The translations under genes were made by a program, and so were the position numbers. A stretch of DNA of 38,857 bases. Source: an uncultured Sphingobacteriales bacterium. Its GTDB lineage: Bacteria; Bacteroidota; Bacteroidia; CAILMK01; JAAYUY01. Numbering within the stretch: position 1 is the first letter of the stretch; each line of letters begins with the position of its first letter. This document shows, piece after piece, positions 9,901 to 17,166 of the stretch. The notes below the pieces were generated by a model that saw only the letters and a list, made by a program, of their open reading frames with translations, was not told the DNA's origin and ran no database searches. Location: contig CAZVAY010000001.1 of NCBI GenBank assembly GCA_964625265.1, positions 1 to 38,857 of the forward strand, written 5' to 3'.

Positions 9901-10455
9901 GGCATAATAGGACTTGAGCGAAGGCGCCCCTGATTTTTTATTATAACCATGAATCCTGTATAACTGGTCGCTCCAGGTAACAATATTTGAAGGGATATGC
10001 CAGCTAAAGGTCCCGATTTTCGCCAGTTTTTGTGCCCGGTTAAACAATTCTGCATATTGTAACAACTCTTCCTGTGTTTTTTTCAGTTTGTCAATATTGT
10101 TTGTAAAACTTATATAGTGCAGTTGATTTTCCCCGTGCAATTCTACCGGTACCAGGCGGCTTTCAACCCAAAAAAGATTGCCATCCTTGTTTTTAACCCT
10201 GTAGGCGAGGTTCAGTGGTTTCCCCGGCTTTGCAAGTTTTTCAGCTAAGTTGTTAAAAACAGGGAAATCATCTTCCAGCACATAATCATAGGGCATTTTA
10301 TTTAGATATTCCTCCGGGCTGATATCCAGAATATTTTCTACTGATTTCGAAACAAATATTGCCTGCCCGGTGTCAAGATGAATGCTGATCATCTCGCTGG
10401 AGTTTTCACACAACAAGTTAAACCAATCCGGGTTTTTATTCTCCTGGTTCTTCAT
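6982..10455 (-). CDS. cytoplasmic multi-PAS/GAF sensor histidine kinase
   Basis: 1157 aa with no obvious TM segment. There are about six PAS/PAC modules with recurrent PAC ends (DITERK, DITEQR, DITNRL, DITERK, DITEEK) and a GAF-like block (IGIPLVNSENRRIGLLVALF). These are followed by the HisKA H-box SHDLRAPL (His codon 7618-7620) and HATPase_c boxes (NLVSNALKY, DNGIGF, GTGIGLAI). Confidence 0.9.
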   Translation of the reverse strand: MKNQENKNPDWFNLLCENSSEMISIHLDTGQAIFVSKSVENILDISPEEYLNKMPYDYVLEDDFPVFNNLAEKLAKPGKPLNLAYRVKNKDGNLFWVESRLVPVELHGENQLHYISFTNNIDKLKKTQEELLQYAELFNRAQKLAKIGTFSWHIPSNIVTWSDQLYRIHGYNKKSGAPSLKSYYAHVHEEDRAILKKKVEDALRGKPYSCDYRVIHEKTGETRYIHSEGTVDFDNNNNPLLLIGTDQDITERKNIELELAESESKYRTVVQNAKEMIFIIKNGIVIFVNKAILKANQATEAQIIGRSFLDFVAPEEKKNVAEIYRNRIKNRKKYLKYESKAQSLTGRIYDVEISSSLIQFEGEPAVLVIMHDITEQREAERKLIVSEQNFREIVESSPDSIVTTSMRGEIIDVNPAFLNKSGFSSSEIIGQSFFNNPGIIPADRPAYRKAFKEIVTGLKVFPNFRWKTKEGKILFGELIPAGFGILNGEKVIHIFIRDITNRLKAEKAIRDSEARYRALFENSTDPTLIIEDYTFVLCNETTVKFLGYKSKADIEGKHPWELSPPGQPDDPSSKRKAIRMMDTAIKHGSHRFEWVHTHAGGEEMWIDVALTYIPSTKQIYTVWRDITERKTTQLAIDKMEESTYASFGVDFIEKSVLGLCETLRADYVFAGQHKESEHSVETVAVCNHDKLLPNFTYSLSGTPCENVIGIGACSYLQDVDKMFPKDDLLTQMGVKSYIGIPLVNSENRRIGLLVALFCKNLEEAGFIEKILIIYAYRVTSEMERMGSLKELQRSEEKWRSLGENAPGNISLIDKDLKIIFINKTNPGYTKDMFLGQSVLNFYADNEKPRFEKILRQVFTTKKPVYFENTYTDKNGTRYFSNHAGPLYRNKKVENLILFSTDITEEKKLRNELDMHRKHLEEMVQARTAELVSANKDLESFAYSVSHDLRAPLRHINAYSAMLRDSLGDNLDKEQLRYFSTVISASNRMAKLIDDILALSRVGRQEMTKKHVNMNRLIEHVLQDNEMDMEGKKVDIKIGSLPKVQCDERLIRSVWDNLVSNALKYSGKRKVIKITIGSEEKSPGVVTYFIKDNGIGFEQEYADKIMGVFHRLPNTKDYEGTGIGLAIAQKIIDRHGGQLWAEGYPDKGACFYFSLPAK

Positions 10456-11842
10456 TGTTTTCTTCAGAAAGATTATTAATGGTTTCCTCCAGCCCCGCTA
10501 TTTTATCCCTGAGTTCTTTAATGCGAAACTCACGGCCAACAAACAAGCTGTTAAAACGCTCCAGTTCCTTGTTTTTTTCCTCCAACTCGTTACTTGATTT
10601 TTCCAGGGCAACTGTTCGTTGTTTTACCAGTTCTTCCAGGTGTTTTCTGTGTTGTTCCAATTCCAGTTCTGCCTGTTTTCTTGATGTGATATCTTCAAAG
10701 ATAATGACAATATTACTAATGGTGTTGTTATCGTCAGTCAATGGGTAAATACAGGTTTTTTGCCATAAGGGTTGGCTATCCTTGCTATTGCTTTTTAAGG
10801 GCAGTTCTTCCAGGGTGATTGTTCTTCCCGATTGTGCCTCACGAAAATAAGAAGCCAACAACGACTCTCCCACTATGGGGTTTTGCAGAATATTGGTCAG
10901 GGGTTTATCCTTGCCGGAAATCTTTTCAATAAGTGTTGTAAAATTATTATTTTGCTCAAAACGGCTTCCGTCCGGGTTAAAGATACCAATAGCCAGGGGT
11001 GAGTGAAGCATCATTTTCTGTAATCGGTCTTTGCTTAGGAATAATTCAGTACCGGCTTCATTGATTTTTTTATTTTGTTTTCGGATATAATTAAACGCAA
11101 ATGCACTTCCGGCTATTCCTAAAAGCCAAATCATTAAATGAATGAGAATATTATTATTTCTGTGCTTTTTAAAGATAGAAAAATAGGGTGTCAAGGGAAT
11201 AGAAACCCGAATGCCGCCCCTGATATCGCCTACTTTATAACCCTGGATAGCATGGCATTGTAGGCAGGTTTTTTCTGTCAGCAAGGGCATCATGTAATTT
11301 AAATAAGGTTTGCTGTCTATTTCGACTTCCTCATAAAATTCAGGCTCCCCGGTCTCGAACTTTTTCAATGCTTTTGTTTCCCATTGTGTAGCTTTATTGG
11401 CCGGACGAATGGGATTTAAGCTGGTGATGTGTGCCTTAATGCCCATTCTCTGTTCACTAAGCTCATGCACCTGGCGTGTCATATATGCAGGGTTGATCAG
11501 TGTTAAGGTTAAGCTGTCTGACACGAGAATATCCCTGTCAGGGAAGTTTTTCAGGTAGGGATTTGGCGGGTTTTCTTTTGTAACCGGAACATAAACACCT
11601 CCTTTGGAAGCATTCCATGCCCTGAACATTACATCTTTATTAATAGAAGTCTCTGCCTCAATTTTTGCATAACGGATGATATTATGCCTGTCCTGTTTTA
11701 AATTCACGTAAAATGAAACAACAATAACTACCGTCCATGTAATTGTCAAAACAGTGGATAATAAAAGGTGATTTTGGTCTTGGTTTTTATGCAAGACAGC
11801 TAATCCCCGTAATCCGGTTTCGGAATATTTTGTTTCATTCAT
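10436..11842 (-). CDS. membrane-anchored haem-c (CxxCH) DUF3365/Tll0287-like sensor protein with PAS and coiled coil, no output domain
   Basis: 468 aa. TM1 spans about aa 27-47. A ~185-aa extracytoplasmic domain carries a single CLQCH motif (11252-11266). TM2 spans about aa 233-252, followed by a PAS-like segment and a C-terminal coiled coil. The stop overlaps the kinase ATG by 20 nt. Confidence 0.7.
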   Translation of the reverse strand: MNETKYSETGLRGLAVLHKNQDQNHLLLSTVLTITWTVVIVVSFYVNLKQDRHNIIRYAKIEAETSINKDVMFRAWNASKGGVYVPVTKENPPNPYLKNFPDRDILVSDSLTLTLINPAYMTRQVHELSEQRMGIKAHITSLNPIRPANKATQWETKALKKFETGEPEFYEEVEIDSKPYLNYMMPLLTEKTCLQCHAIQGYKVGDIRGGIRVSIPLTPYFSIFKKHRNNNILIHLMIWLLGIAGSAFAFNYIRKQNKKINEAGTELFLSKDRLQKMMLHSPLAIGIFNPDGSRFEQNNNFTTLIEKISGKDKPLTNILQNPIVGESLLASYFREAQSGRTITLEELPLKSNSKDSQPLWQKTCIYPLTDDNNTISNIVIIFEDITSRKQAELELEQHRKHLEELVKQRTVALEKSSNELEEKNKELERFNSLFVGREFRIKELRDKIAGLEETINNLSEENNEEPGE

Positions 11843-11947
11843 AGCACGGGTAATTAAGACCCATATTCAACAGCGAAAATGTAGGCAGTTCTCCTAAAAA
11901 GCTTTTCAAGTTACGCAATTTACTGAAGGCAAGGCAAATTAATCTTT

Positions 11948-14113
11948 TTAATTTTTGTTTTTCCTTCCGGAAACGGCTGGGATAAACAGGATACAGCTAA
12001 TAATGCAAAGGAATAAAACCATAGTTACCAGGAATAGAATTTTTACAATTTTGTTTTGGTAGTGCAATTCTACCACAGCTTTTCCGGCAGGAACTTCAAT
12101 TCCCCTGAAAAGGAGATTGGTTGTTATGATCGGTGTTTCCTTCCCGTTAACCCGGGCAGACCAACCCTTGTATTGGCTTTGGAGAATGACAAGAAGGGCC
12201 GGAGACTCACTTTCTGTATGGATTACGATATTGTTGGGAGCAAAATGTACAAAGAAAGCGGTATCGTGTTGAGCGCGGTTTAGGGCCACACTATGTAAAT
12301 AGGAGTATTTGACGAAAAATGAATCGTCCACATAAAGGATTTCTTTTTCAGCGATCGGGCGGTTATTTATTTGGCTAACCGGTTCAATATGGTTGGAAAG
12401 ATATACCGGAGGATTCGACAGGACTGCGTCCAGCAGATTGGGATAATCGTCCACCAATCGAATAAAATCATCGAATACGAAAGAGCTGAACCCACCAAAG
12501 GAAATGGATTTATGAAAAATGTGTGTATTGCGCCAGACGGGTAAAAAGGCACCTGAAATGTCAGTATTTTCATTAAGGGGTTTTGGTTCCGGCAGTGGAA
12601 ATCCGGAGGGTTTTTCTTTTAGCTGGTGGTACAGTTTTACAGGGTTTTTGTGTGAGGCTACCGTGTAATACATATTGAACTGTACAGCAAATATCATTTC
12701 AAAGGAAAGCAAAAAACCGATAAGTTGAACAGATATTTTATTTCGGGATATCGTCAGCAACAGGCCTGACAAAATGATAAGCTGAAATAGCGACTGGATA
12801 AAGATATGCTCATGGAAAGTGGTTTTTTGAATGCTTTCGTAAAAAAGGTTGCCCAACCCCCCAAGCCCTGAATGGGCAAAATCAATTTTTGGAAATGAAT
12901 AAAAGGCTGCGCTAAGGAAAATGACAGCAAGGGGCAGGATGAGTAATTTTGTCCATCGCAGACTTGTCGTATTAAGTTCTGAAATACTTTTACCCGCTAA
13001 AAGTAAAAAACCAAGAATTGAAAAAAGTGTAAAATATGAAGGAGCCCGGAACAGGTTCATCATGGGTAAATAATGGTATAAAAACTCACGAACAGGGGTA
13101 TAGGAGCCGAAAGACGATAACAAGCAAAACAATGCCCAACCAAGAAAAAGGTATTCAATACGTGACAGTTTTCGGAAGAAGGAACCCAAAAGAAATACCA
13201 GCATGACCAACCCGAAATATGCATTAGACATGGATAGGTCGGTTTGAAAAAACTCCGGGTTTTTTACAGTGGCTGCCGGCAGGATTAAAGAGATCAGGGA
13301 TTGGGGAGAAAAAGGATTTTGTAACGCCAGTTCCAGCGGCAGGAACCCCAGCCTGGAAGTATAATCCGACACCTGGATCAGGGATACCCATAATGGACTG
13401 CAAAGGATAACAACTATAGCTGCAAGAAGTAAATTCAGCCAGGCCAGCCGAAAAAGGTTAGAATATTGTTTTCTAATAACATACATGACCAGGAAAAACA
13501 GGGCAATTACCACCAGAAAATAGCCAAGAATAATCGTAAAAGTCTGGTAACCATTGGTAATTAAAAGGAACAGGAACAGCGAAGTTGCGAGTGCATCCCG
13601 GGGTCTTAGGCTTGTAGACATTTTCAGAAAGAACATAATCACAAAGGGTACCCAGGCTGCAGAAACAAGGGCAAACATGGCCTGGCCATGGCCTACAAAA
13701 AATCCCGAAAGTGAGTAGGCAATCCCAGTATAAAGTGCTACTTCAGGCTTGATTTTAAAATACTTTGCTAAAAAATACATGCCCATGCCTGCAATGAAAA
13801 TATACAAGACAAACAGAAAATGTAGCGTCAGGTTTGAATAACTGCCCAGATGGCCAATAATGAAAGTTTCAGGGTAAAAAACCGGGTATTGCATATCGGG
13901 GTAAATAGGTGTACCGCCAAGCTGATATGGGTTCCAGAAGGGGAAATAGCCATTTTGCCAGCACTCACCGATAAAATACCGGAAAGGCAGGACTACATCA
14001 ATCATGTCCCACTTCAGGCAGTTTACAGGAAAAACTATTTGCCAGTAAGCTACAAGAATGACAGCTAAAAGAATAGCCAGTTGTTGCAGGGTTTGGCGGA
14101 CAGATGATTTCAT
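11948..14113 (-). CDS. YfhO-family polytopic membrane protein (putative glycosyl-transfer/glycopolymer modification)
   Basis: 721 aa with many TM helices. The N-terminal block DMIDVVLPFRYFIGECWQNGYFPFWNPYQLGGTPIY...FYPETF matches the conserved YfhO N-terminus as recalled. A large C-terminal extracytoplasmic region and a final TM helix follow. Confidence 0.65.
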   Translation of the reverse strand: MKSSVRQTLQQLAILLAVILVAYWQIVFPVNCLKWDMIDVVLPFRYFIGECWQNGYFPFWNPYQLGGTPIYPDMQYPVFYPETFIIGHLGSYSNLTLHFLFVLYIFIAGMGMYFLAKYFKIKPEVALYTGIAYSLSGFFVGHGQAMFALVSAAWVPFVIMFFLKMSTSLRPRDALATSLFLFLLITNGYQTFTIILGYFLVVIALFFLVMYVIRKQYSNLFRLAWLNLLLAAIVVILCSPLWVSLIQVSDYTSRLGFLPLELALQNPFSPQSLISLILPAATVKNPEFFQTDLSMSNAYFGLVMLVFLLGSFFRKLSRIEYLFLGWALFCLLSSFGSYTPVREFLYHYLPMMNLFRAPSYFTLFSILGFLLLAGKSISELNTTSLRWTKLLILPLAVIFLSAAFYSFPKIDFAHSGLGGLGNLFYESIQKTTFHEHIFIQSLFQLIILSGLLLTISRNKISVQLIGFLLSFEMIFAVQFNMYYTVASHKNPVKLYHQLKEKPSGFPLPEPKPLNENTDISGAFLPVWRNTHIFHKSISFGGFSSFVFDDFIRLVDDYPNLLDAVLSNPPVYLSNHIEPVSQINNRPIAEKEILYVDDSFFVKYSYLHSVALNRAQHDTAFFVHFAPNNIVIHTESESPALLVILQSQYKGWSARVNGKETPIITTNLLFRGIEVPAGKAVVELHYQNKIVKILFLVTMVLFLCIISCILFIPAVSGRKNKN

Positions 14114-14216
14114 TGCATAGGAATCAATACTTCAATATTAATAAAATCCCCGTAATGCCGGAAAGTAATCCGATAGTGGGAGAATAACTATTTTTCACAT
14201 TTATTTGTGGTTCGAT

Positions 14217-14224
14217 TACTTTTG
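14217..14224 (+). promoter_or_regulatory. putative -7 box (TACTTTTG) for the exosortase-family gene
   Basis: Fits TAnnTTTG and lies 28 nt upstream of the TTG start at 14252, in the 138-nt divergent spacer. This is a motif match only. Confidence 0.3.
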
Positions 14225-14251
14225 TGACCTGACTTATTAACGCGGCAAATT

Positions 14252-14842
14252 TTGATTACCTGGCTGAACCGGACATATGACAGTTTTATCGAGAAATTTA
14301 AGCTCCAGGCTTTTCGTGAAGTGATCATTTTCATTTTTCTTATCACCTTTTTTCATTTTGCTTACAGGCTGTGGGCAAATGTTTTCTTATACAGCGTATT
14401 CGGTTTTCATTTTATGGATTCGGTTTTCAATTTTCTAACCGATCAGCTCAGGGAAACAAGTACCTGGATTTGCAATCATGTTTTAGGAATTCATACGACC
14501 ATTTCGGGTGATTTGATGGTACATAACTCCAGGGACCGGATGGGTGTGACGGCTGGTTGTTCCGGGCTGAAACAATACTTTCAGTTCCTGGTGTTAATGA
14601 TTCTGTACCCGGGGCCCTGGAAGAAAAAACTATGGTTTATCCCCCTGGGGTTATTCATTATCTATGTGATAAATGTAACCCGGATTGTTACCCTTTTTCT
14701 TGTTGTTATCAGAAACATTGACCTATTCAATGCTGTCCACGATTGGATATTAAGGCCATTATTCTTTATCATCATTTTTTTATTGTGGGTCTGGTGGGTT
14801 GAGAAACTGGCCCCTGCAAGCATCAAAACAGGACAAAACTAA
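14252..14842 (+). CDS. exosortase/archaeosortase-family transpeptidase-like membrane protein
   Basis: 196 aa and polytopic. The Cys-Arg-His triad occurs in the expected order and context: Cys103 in GCSGLKQ (14558-14560), Arg144 in INVTRIV, His163 in AVHDWI. The start is a TTG, and no in-frame ATG lies near the N-terminus. Confidence 0.65.
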   Translation: MITWLNRTYDSFIEKFKLQAFREVIIFIFLITFFHFAYRLWANVFLYSVFGFHFMDSVFNFLTDQLRETSTWICNHVLGIHTTISGDLMVHNSRDRMGVTAGCSGLKQYFQFLVLMILYPGPWKKKLWFIPLGLFIIYVINVTRIVTLFLVVIRNIDLFNAVHDWILRPLFFIIIFLLWVWWVEKLAPASIKTGQN

Positions 14843-14853
14843 GCGATTGCAGT

Positions 14854-14907
14854 ACAGTTGACGGGATGCCAGATTAAAACTTATTGAGAATAAAACAGTT
14901 GACAGGA
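14854..14907 (+). repeat. two copies of ACAGTTGAC(G/A)GGA, 41 nt start-to-start, upstream of the HU gene
   Basis: Copies at 14854-14866 (ACAGTTGACGGGA) and 14895-14907 (ACAGTTGACAGGA) are 12/13 identical. They lie 100-150 nt upstream of the HU start. Their function is unknown. Confidence 0.4.
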
Positions 14908-14959
14908 AAATATTTCTGATTTCTTTTTACAAATCAACACCCAAATAAAAAATTATTTT

Positions 14960-14967
14960 TATTTTTG
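14960..14967 (+). promoter_or_regulatory. putative -7 box (TATTTTTG) upstream of the HU gene
   Basis: Fits TAnnTTTG and lies 41 nt upstream of GTG 15008. This is a motif match only. Confidence 0.35.
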
Positions 14968-15007
14968 CCGCTCGAATCTATTGTTTAACAATTAAAAGCG
15001 TACGATC

Positions 15008-15298
15008 GTGATTAAAACAGATGTAGTTACAGAAATCTCCAAGAAAACGGGATTGGAAAAAAGAGATGTCAAAGAAGTAGTAGAAACATTTTTTGATATT
15101 GTAAAAGGATCTTTGATTGATGGTGAAAATGTTTATTTCCGCGGATTTGGAAGTTTCACCCTGAAAAAAAGAGCTCAGAAAATCGGAAGAAACATCACAA
15201 AGAACACTTCTATTGTAGTACCGGAGCATTTCATTCCTTACTTTAAGCCTTCGAAATCTTTTTCAAACAAAGTAAAATCTACCGTTAAGGTAAAATAA
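15008..15298 (+). CDS. hup: HU-family DNA-binding protein
   Basis: 96 aa with a GTG start. MIKTDVVTEISKKTGLEKRDVKEVVETFFDIV...VYFRGFGSFTLKKRAQKIGRNITKNTSIVVPEHFIPYFKPSK is collinear with HU/IHF-fold proteins, including the beta-arm RNxxT..I.P. Confidence 0.9.
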   Translation: MIKTDVVTEISKKTGLEKRDVKEVVETFFDIVKGSLIDGENVYFRGFGSFTLKKRAQKIGRNITKNTSIVVPEHFIPYFKPSKSFSNKVKSTVKVK

Positions 15299-15417
15299 AT
15301 TTGATCTTTTAAATAAATTTTAGGGGCAGTTTAGCTTCAAAGGATTTTATCACGGTTTTTTATTTTGATAAAGAACCCATTTGATCAATCATCATTTGAC
15401 CTATAAATAATATCAAT

Positions 15418-15510
15418 ATGCCAAGCGGGAAAAAGAGGAAAAGACATAAAATATCTACCCATAAGAGGAAAAAAAGGCTGAGGAAAAACAGGCATAAGAA
15501 AAGGAAGTAA
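15418..15510 (+). CDS. 30-aa highly basic micro-protein, bS22-like (AURKAIP1/COX24-type) small ribosomal subunit protein
   Basis: ATG 15418 to TAA 15508-15510 encodes MPSGKKRKRHKISTHKRKKRLRKNRHKKRK, in which 21 of 30 residues are K/R/H. It is too short for the ORF track. The composition and the KRKRHK..HKRKKRLRKNRHK pattern match what I recall for bS22. Confidence 0.7.
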   Translation: MPSGKKRKRHKISTHKRKKRLRKNRHKKRK

Positions 15511-15582
15511 TGTTTGATTTGTAAACTGCTGACTAATAATTTACAAACCAATACCTGTTTCTTAATTTATCAAACCACATAC

Positions 15583-15588
15583 AGGAGG
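15583..15588 (+). promoter_or_regulatory. Shine-Dalgarno-like AGGAGG 7 nt upstream of the TTG start of the RNase G gene
   Basis: A perfect AGGAGG is followed by a 7-nt spacer (GTTAATT) and TTG 15596. No comparable purine-rich motif was seen in front of recA, secA, tsaD, HU, the Nif3 gene, tamB or the bS22-like gene in this window. Confidence 0.5.
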
Positions 15589-15595
15589 GTTTAAT

Positions 15596-17143
15596 TTGAA
15601 ACGTAATCTGATTATCCAGTCCACAAAACAAGGGCTGGATATTGCTTTGGTCGAAAACGACAAACTTGTCGAGTTTCACCAGGACGTTGTCAATAAAGAA
15701 TATCTTGTCGGAGATATTTACCTGGGCGAGGTCAAAAAAATATTGCCCGGGCTGAATGCCTGTTTCGTGGATATTGGTTTTGAAAAAAACGGTTTCTTAC
15801 ATTACTTTGATCTGGGGCCCAACATCAAAAACCAAAATGCCTTTGTAAAAAAAGCTTACAGGAACAAAAGTTTTTCAAGCAGCCCCAAGCACTTTAACAA
15901 GGAAAAGGAAATTGTAAAAACCGGGGATATTCCTGCGGTTGTTGAGCCAGGGCAAAAAATAGCGGTTCAGATAATGAAAGAACCGATATCAACAAAAGGC
16001 CACCGCCTGGGTTCACAATTAACACTTCCCGGAATGTATATTGTCCTTATCCCATTTGGGAATGGAATATCCTTGTCAAGACGAATAAGGAACAATAAAG
16101 AAAGGAAAAGGCTTATCAGTATTTTTCAGGATTTAATTCCCGGGAATTTCGGAGTAATTGTACGAACGGCAGCGGAAAATAAACAGGCTCATTTTCTGGA
16201 AAAAGATTTAAGTATCCTGCTTGCCAGATGGGAGCAGATTGTTGAAAACCTAAAAGCAGGTAATTCAAAACTTTTGGGCGAGTACGATAAGGCTACTTCG
16301 CTGATAAGGGACATGCTGAATGAAAGTTTTGATAACATTATTGTAAACGACAGGGACACCTACAACGAGTTGGACAAATACCTGTCGACCATTTCTACTG
16401 TATCCAAAAATGTGTTAAAATTTCATTCGGAAAGGAAACTCCCATTTGAATATTACCACATTGACAGGCAGATAAAATCTGCTTTTGGAAAAATATTCAA
16501 TTTCGGTAAAGGCGGTTACCTGGTTATTGAGCAAACGGAGGCCATGTATGTGGTAGATGTTAACAGTGGAAGTAAAAATAACAGTGAAGCCACCCGTGAA
16601 GAGAATGTGCTTAAAATCAATATGGATGCAGCCGATGAAATAGCCAGGCAGCTAAGGCTCAGGGATATTGGCGGGTTGATCATAGTCGATTTTATCGATA
16701 TGCGCTCATCGGCTAACAAAAAAGCACTTTACAACAAAATGAAAGAGGCTTTTAAAAACGACCGCACGCAGCATTCCTTATCGCCCCTTTCAAAATTCGG
16801 ACTGATGGAAATTACCCGGCAGAGGGTCAAACCAGCCCTGGAAATATCAACTGCCGAAACCTGTCCGGTCTGCAAGGGAAGCGGAGAATTAAAACCCACC
16901 ATCCTTGTGACTGATGATATTGAACACAGCCTGAATTTTATCAAGAGCGAACTCAATGTAAAATCCGTCTATTTAAAGGTACATCCTTTTGTTGCCACAT
17001 ACCTAAAAAGTGGTTGGATTTCCATGCGTTTAAAATGGATGTTTAAGTATAAACTTTACATCGGCATTGCAGAGTCTGAAGCTATGCAGCTTATCGACTA
17101 TCTTATTCTGAATAAAGAAGGAAAAGACCTCGAAGAATTTTAG
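15596..17143 (+). CDS. rng: Rne/Rng-family ribonuclease (RNase G-like)
   Basis: 515 aa. It has an N-terminal S1 domain (GDIYLGEVKKILPGLNACFVDIG), a catalytic core (VVDVNSG, GGLIIVDFIDM) and a Zn-link-like CPVCKGSG. The start is a TTG. Confidence 0.85.
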   Translation: MKRNLIIQSTKQGLDIALVENDKLVEFHQDVVNKEYLVGDIYLGEVKKILPGLNACFVDIGFEKNGFLHYFDLGPNIKNQNAFVKKAYRNKSFSSSPKHFNKEKEIVKTGDIPAVVEPGQKIAVQIMKEPISTKGHRLGSQLTLPGMYIVLIPFGNGISLSRRIRNNKERKRLISIFQDLIPGNFGVIVRTAAENKQAHFLEKDLSILLARWEQIVENLKAGNSKLLGEYDKATSLIRDMLNESFDNIIVNDRDTYNELDKYLSTISTVSKNVLKFHSERKLPFEYYHIDRQIKSAFGKIFNFGKGGYLVIEQTEAMYVVDVNSGSKNNSEATREENVLKINMDAADEIARQLRLRDIGGLIIVDFIDMRSSANKKALYNKMKEAFKNDRTQHSLSPLSKFGLMEITRQRVKPALEISTAETCPVCKGSGELKPTILVTDDIEHSLNFIKSELNVKSVYLKVHPFVATYLKSGWISMRLKWMFKYKLYIGIAESEAMQLIDYLILNKEGKDLEEF

Positions 17144-17166
17144 TTAAGTACGGGAAATAATTGAGA

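Noticed and set aside
10436-10455. Programmed ribosomal frameshift joining the haem sensor and the kinase
   Set aside because: The overlap (GAAAACAATGAAGAACCAGGAGAATAA on the coding strand) has no slippery X-XXY-YYZ heptamer. The kinase has its own ATG. Only the indel/assembly-error alternative is retained in the finding.
14978-15229. 83-aa minus-strand ORF overlapping the HU gene
   Set aside because: It is nested antisense in a clear HU-family CDS and has no recognisable features.
15360-15551. 63-aa minus-strand Leu/Phe-rich ORF from the ORF track
   Set aside because: It is the antisense shadow of the AAA/AAG/AGG-rich bS22-like gene on the plus strand. The plus-strand reading has a recognisable family pattern and this one does not.
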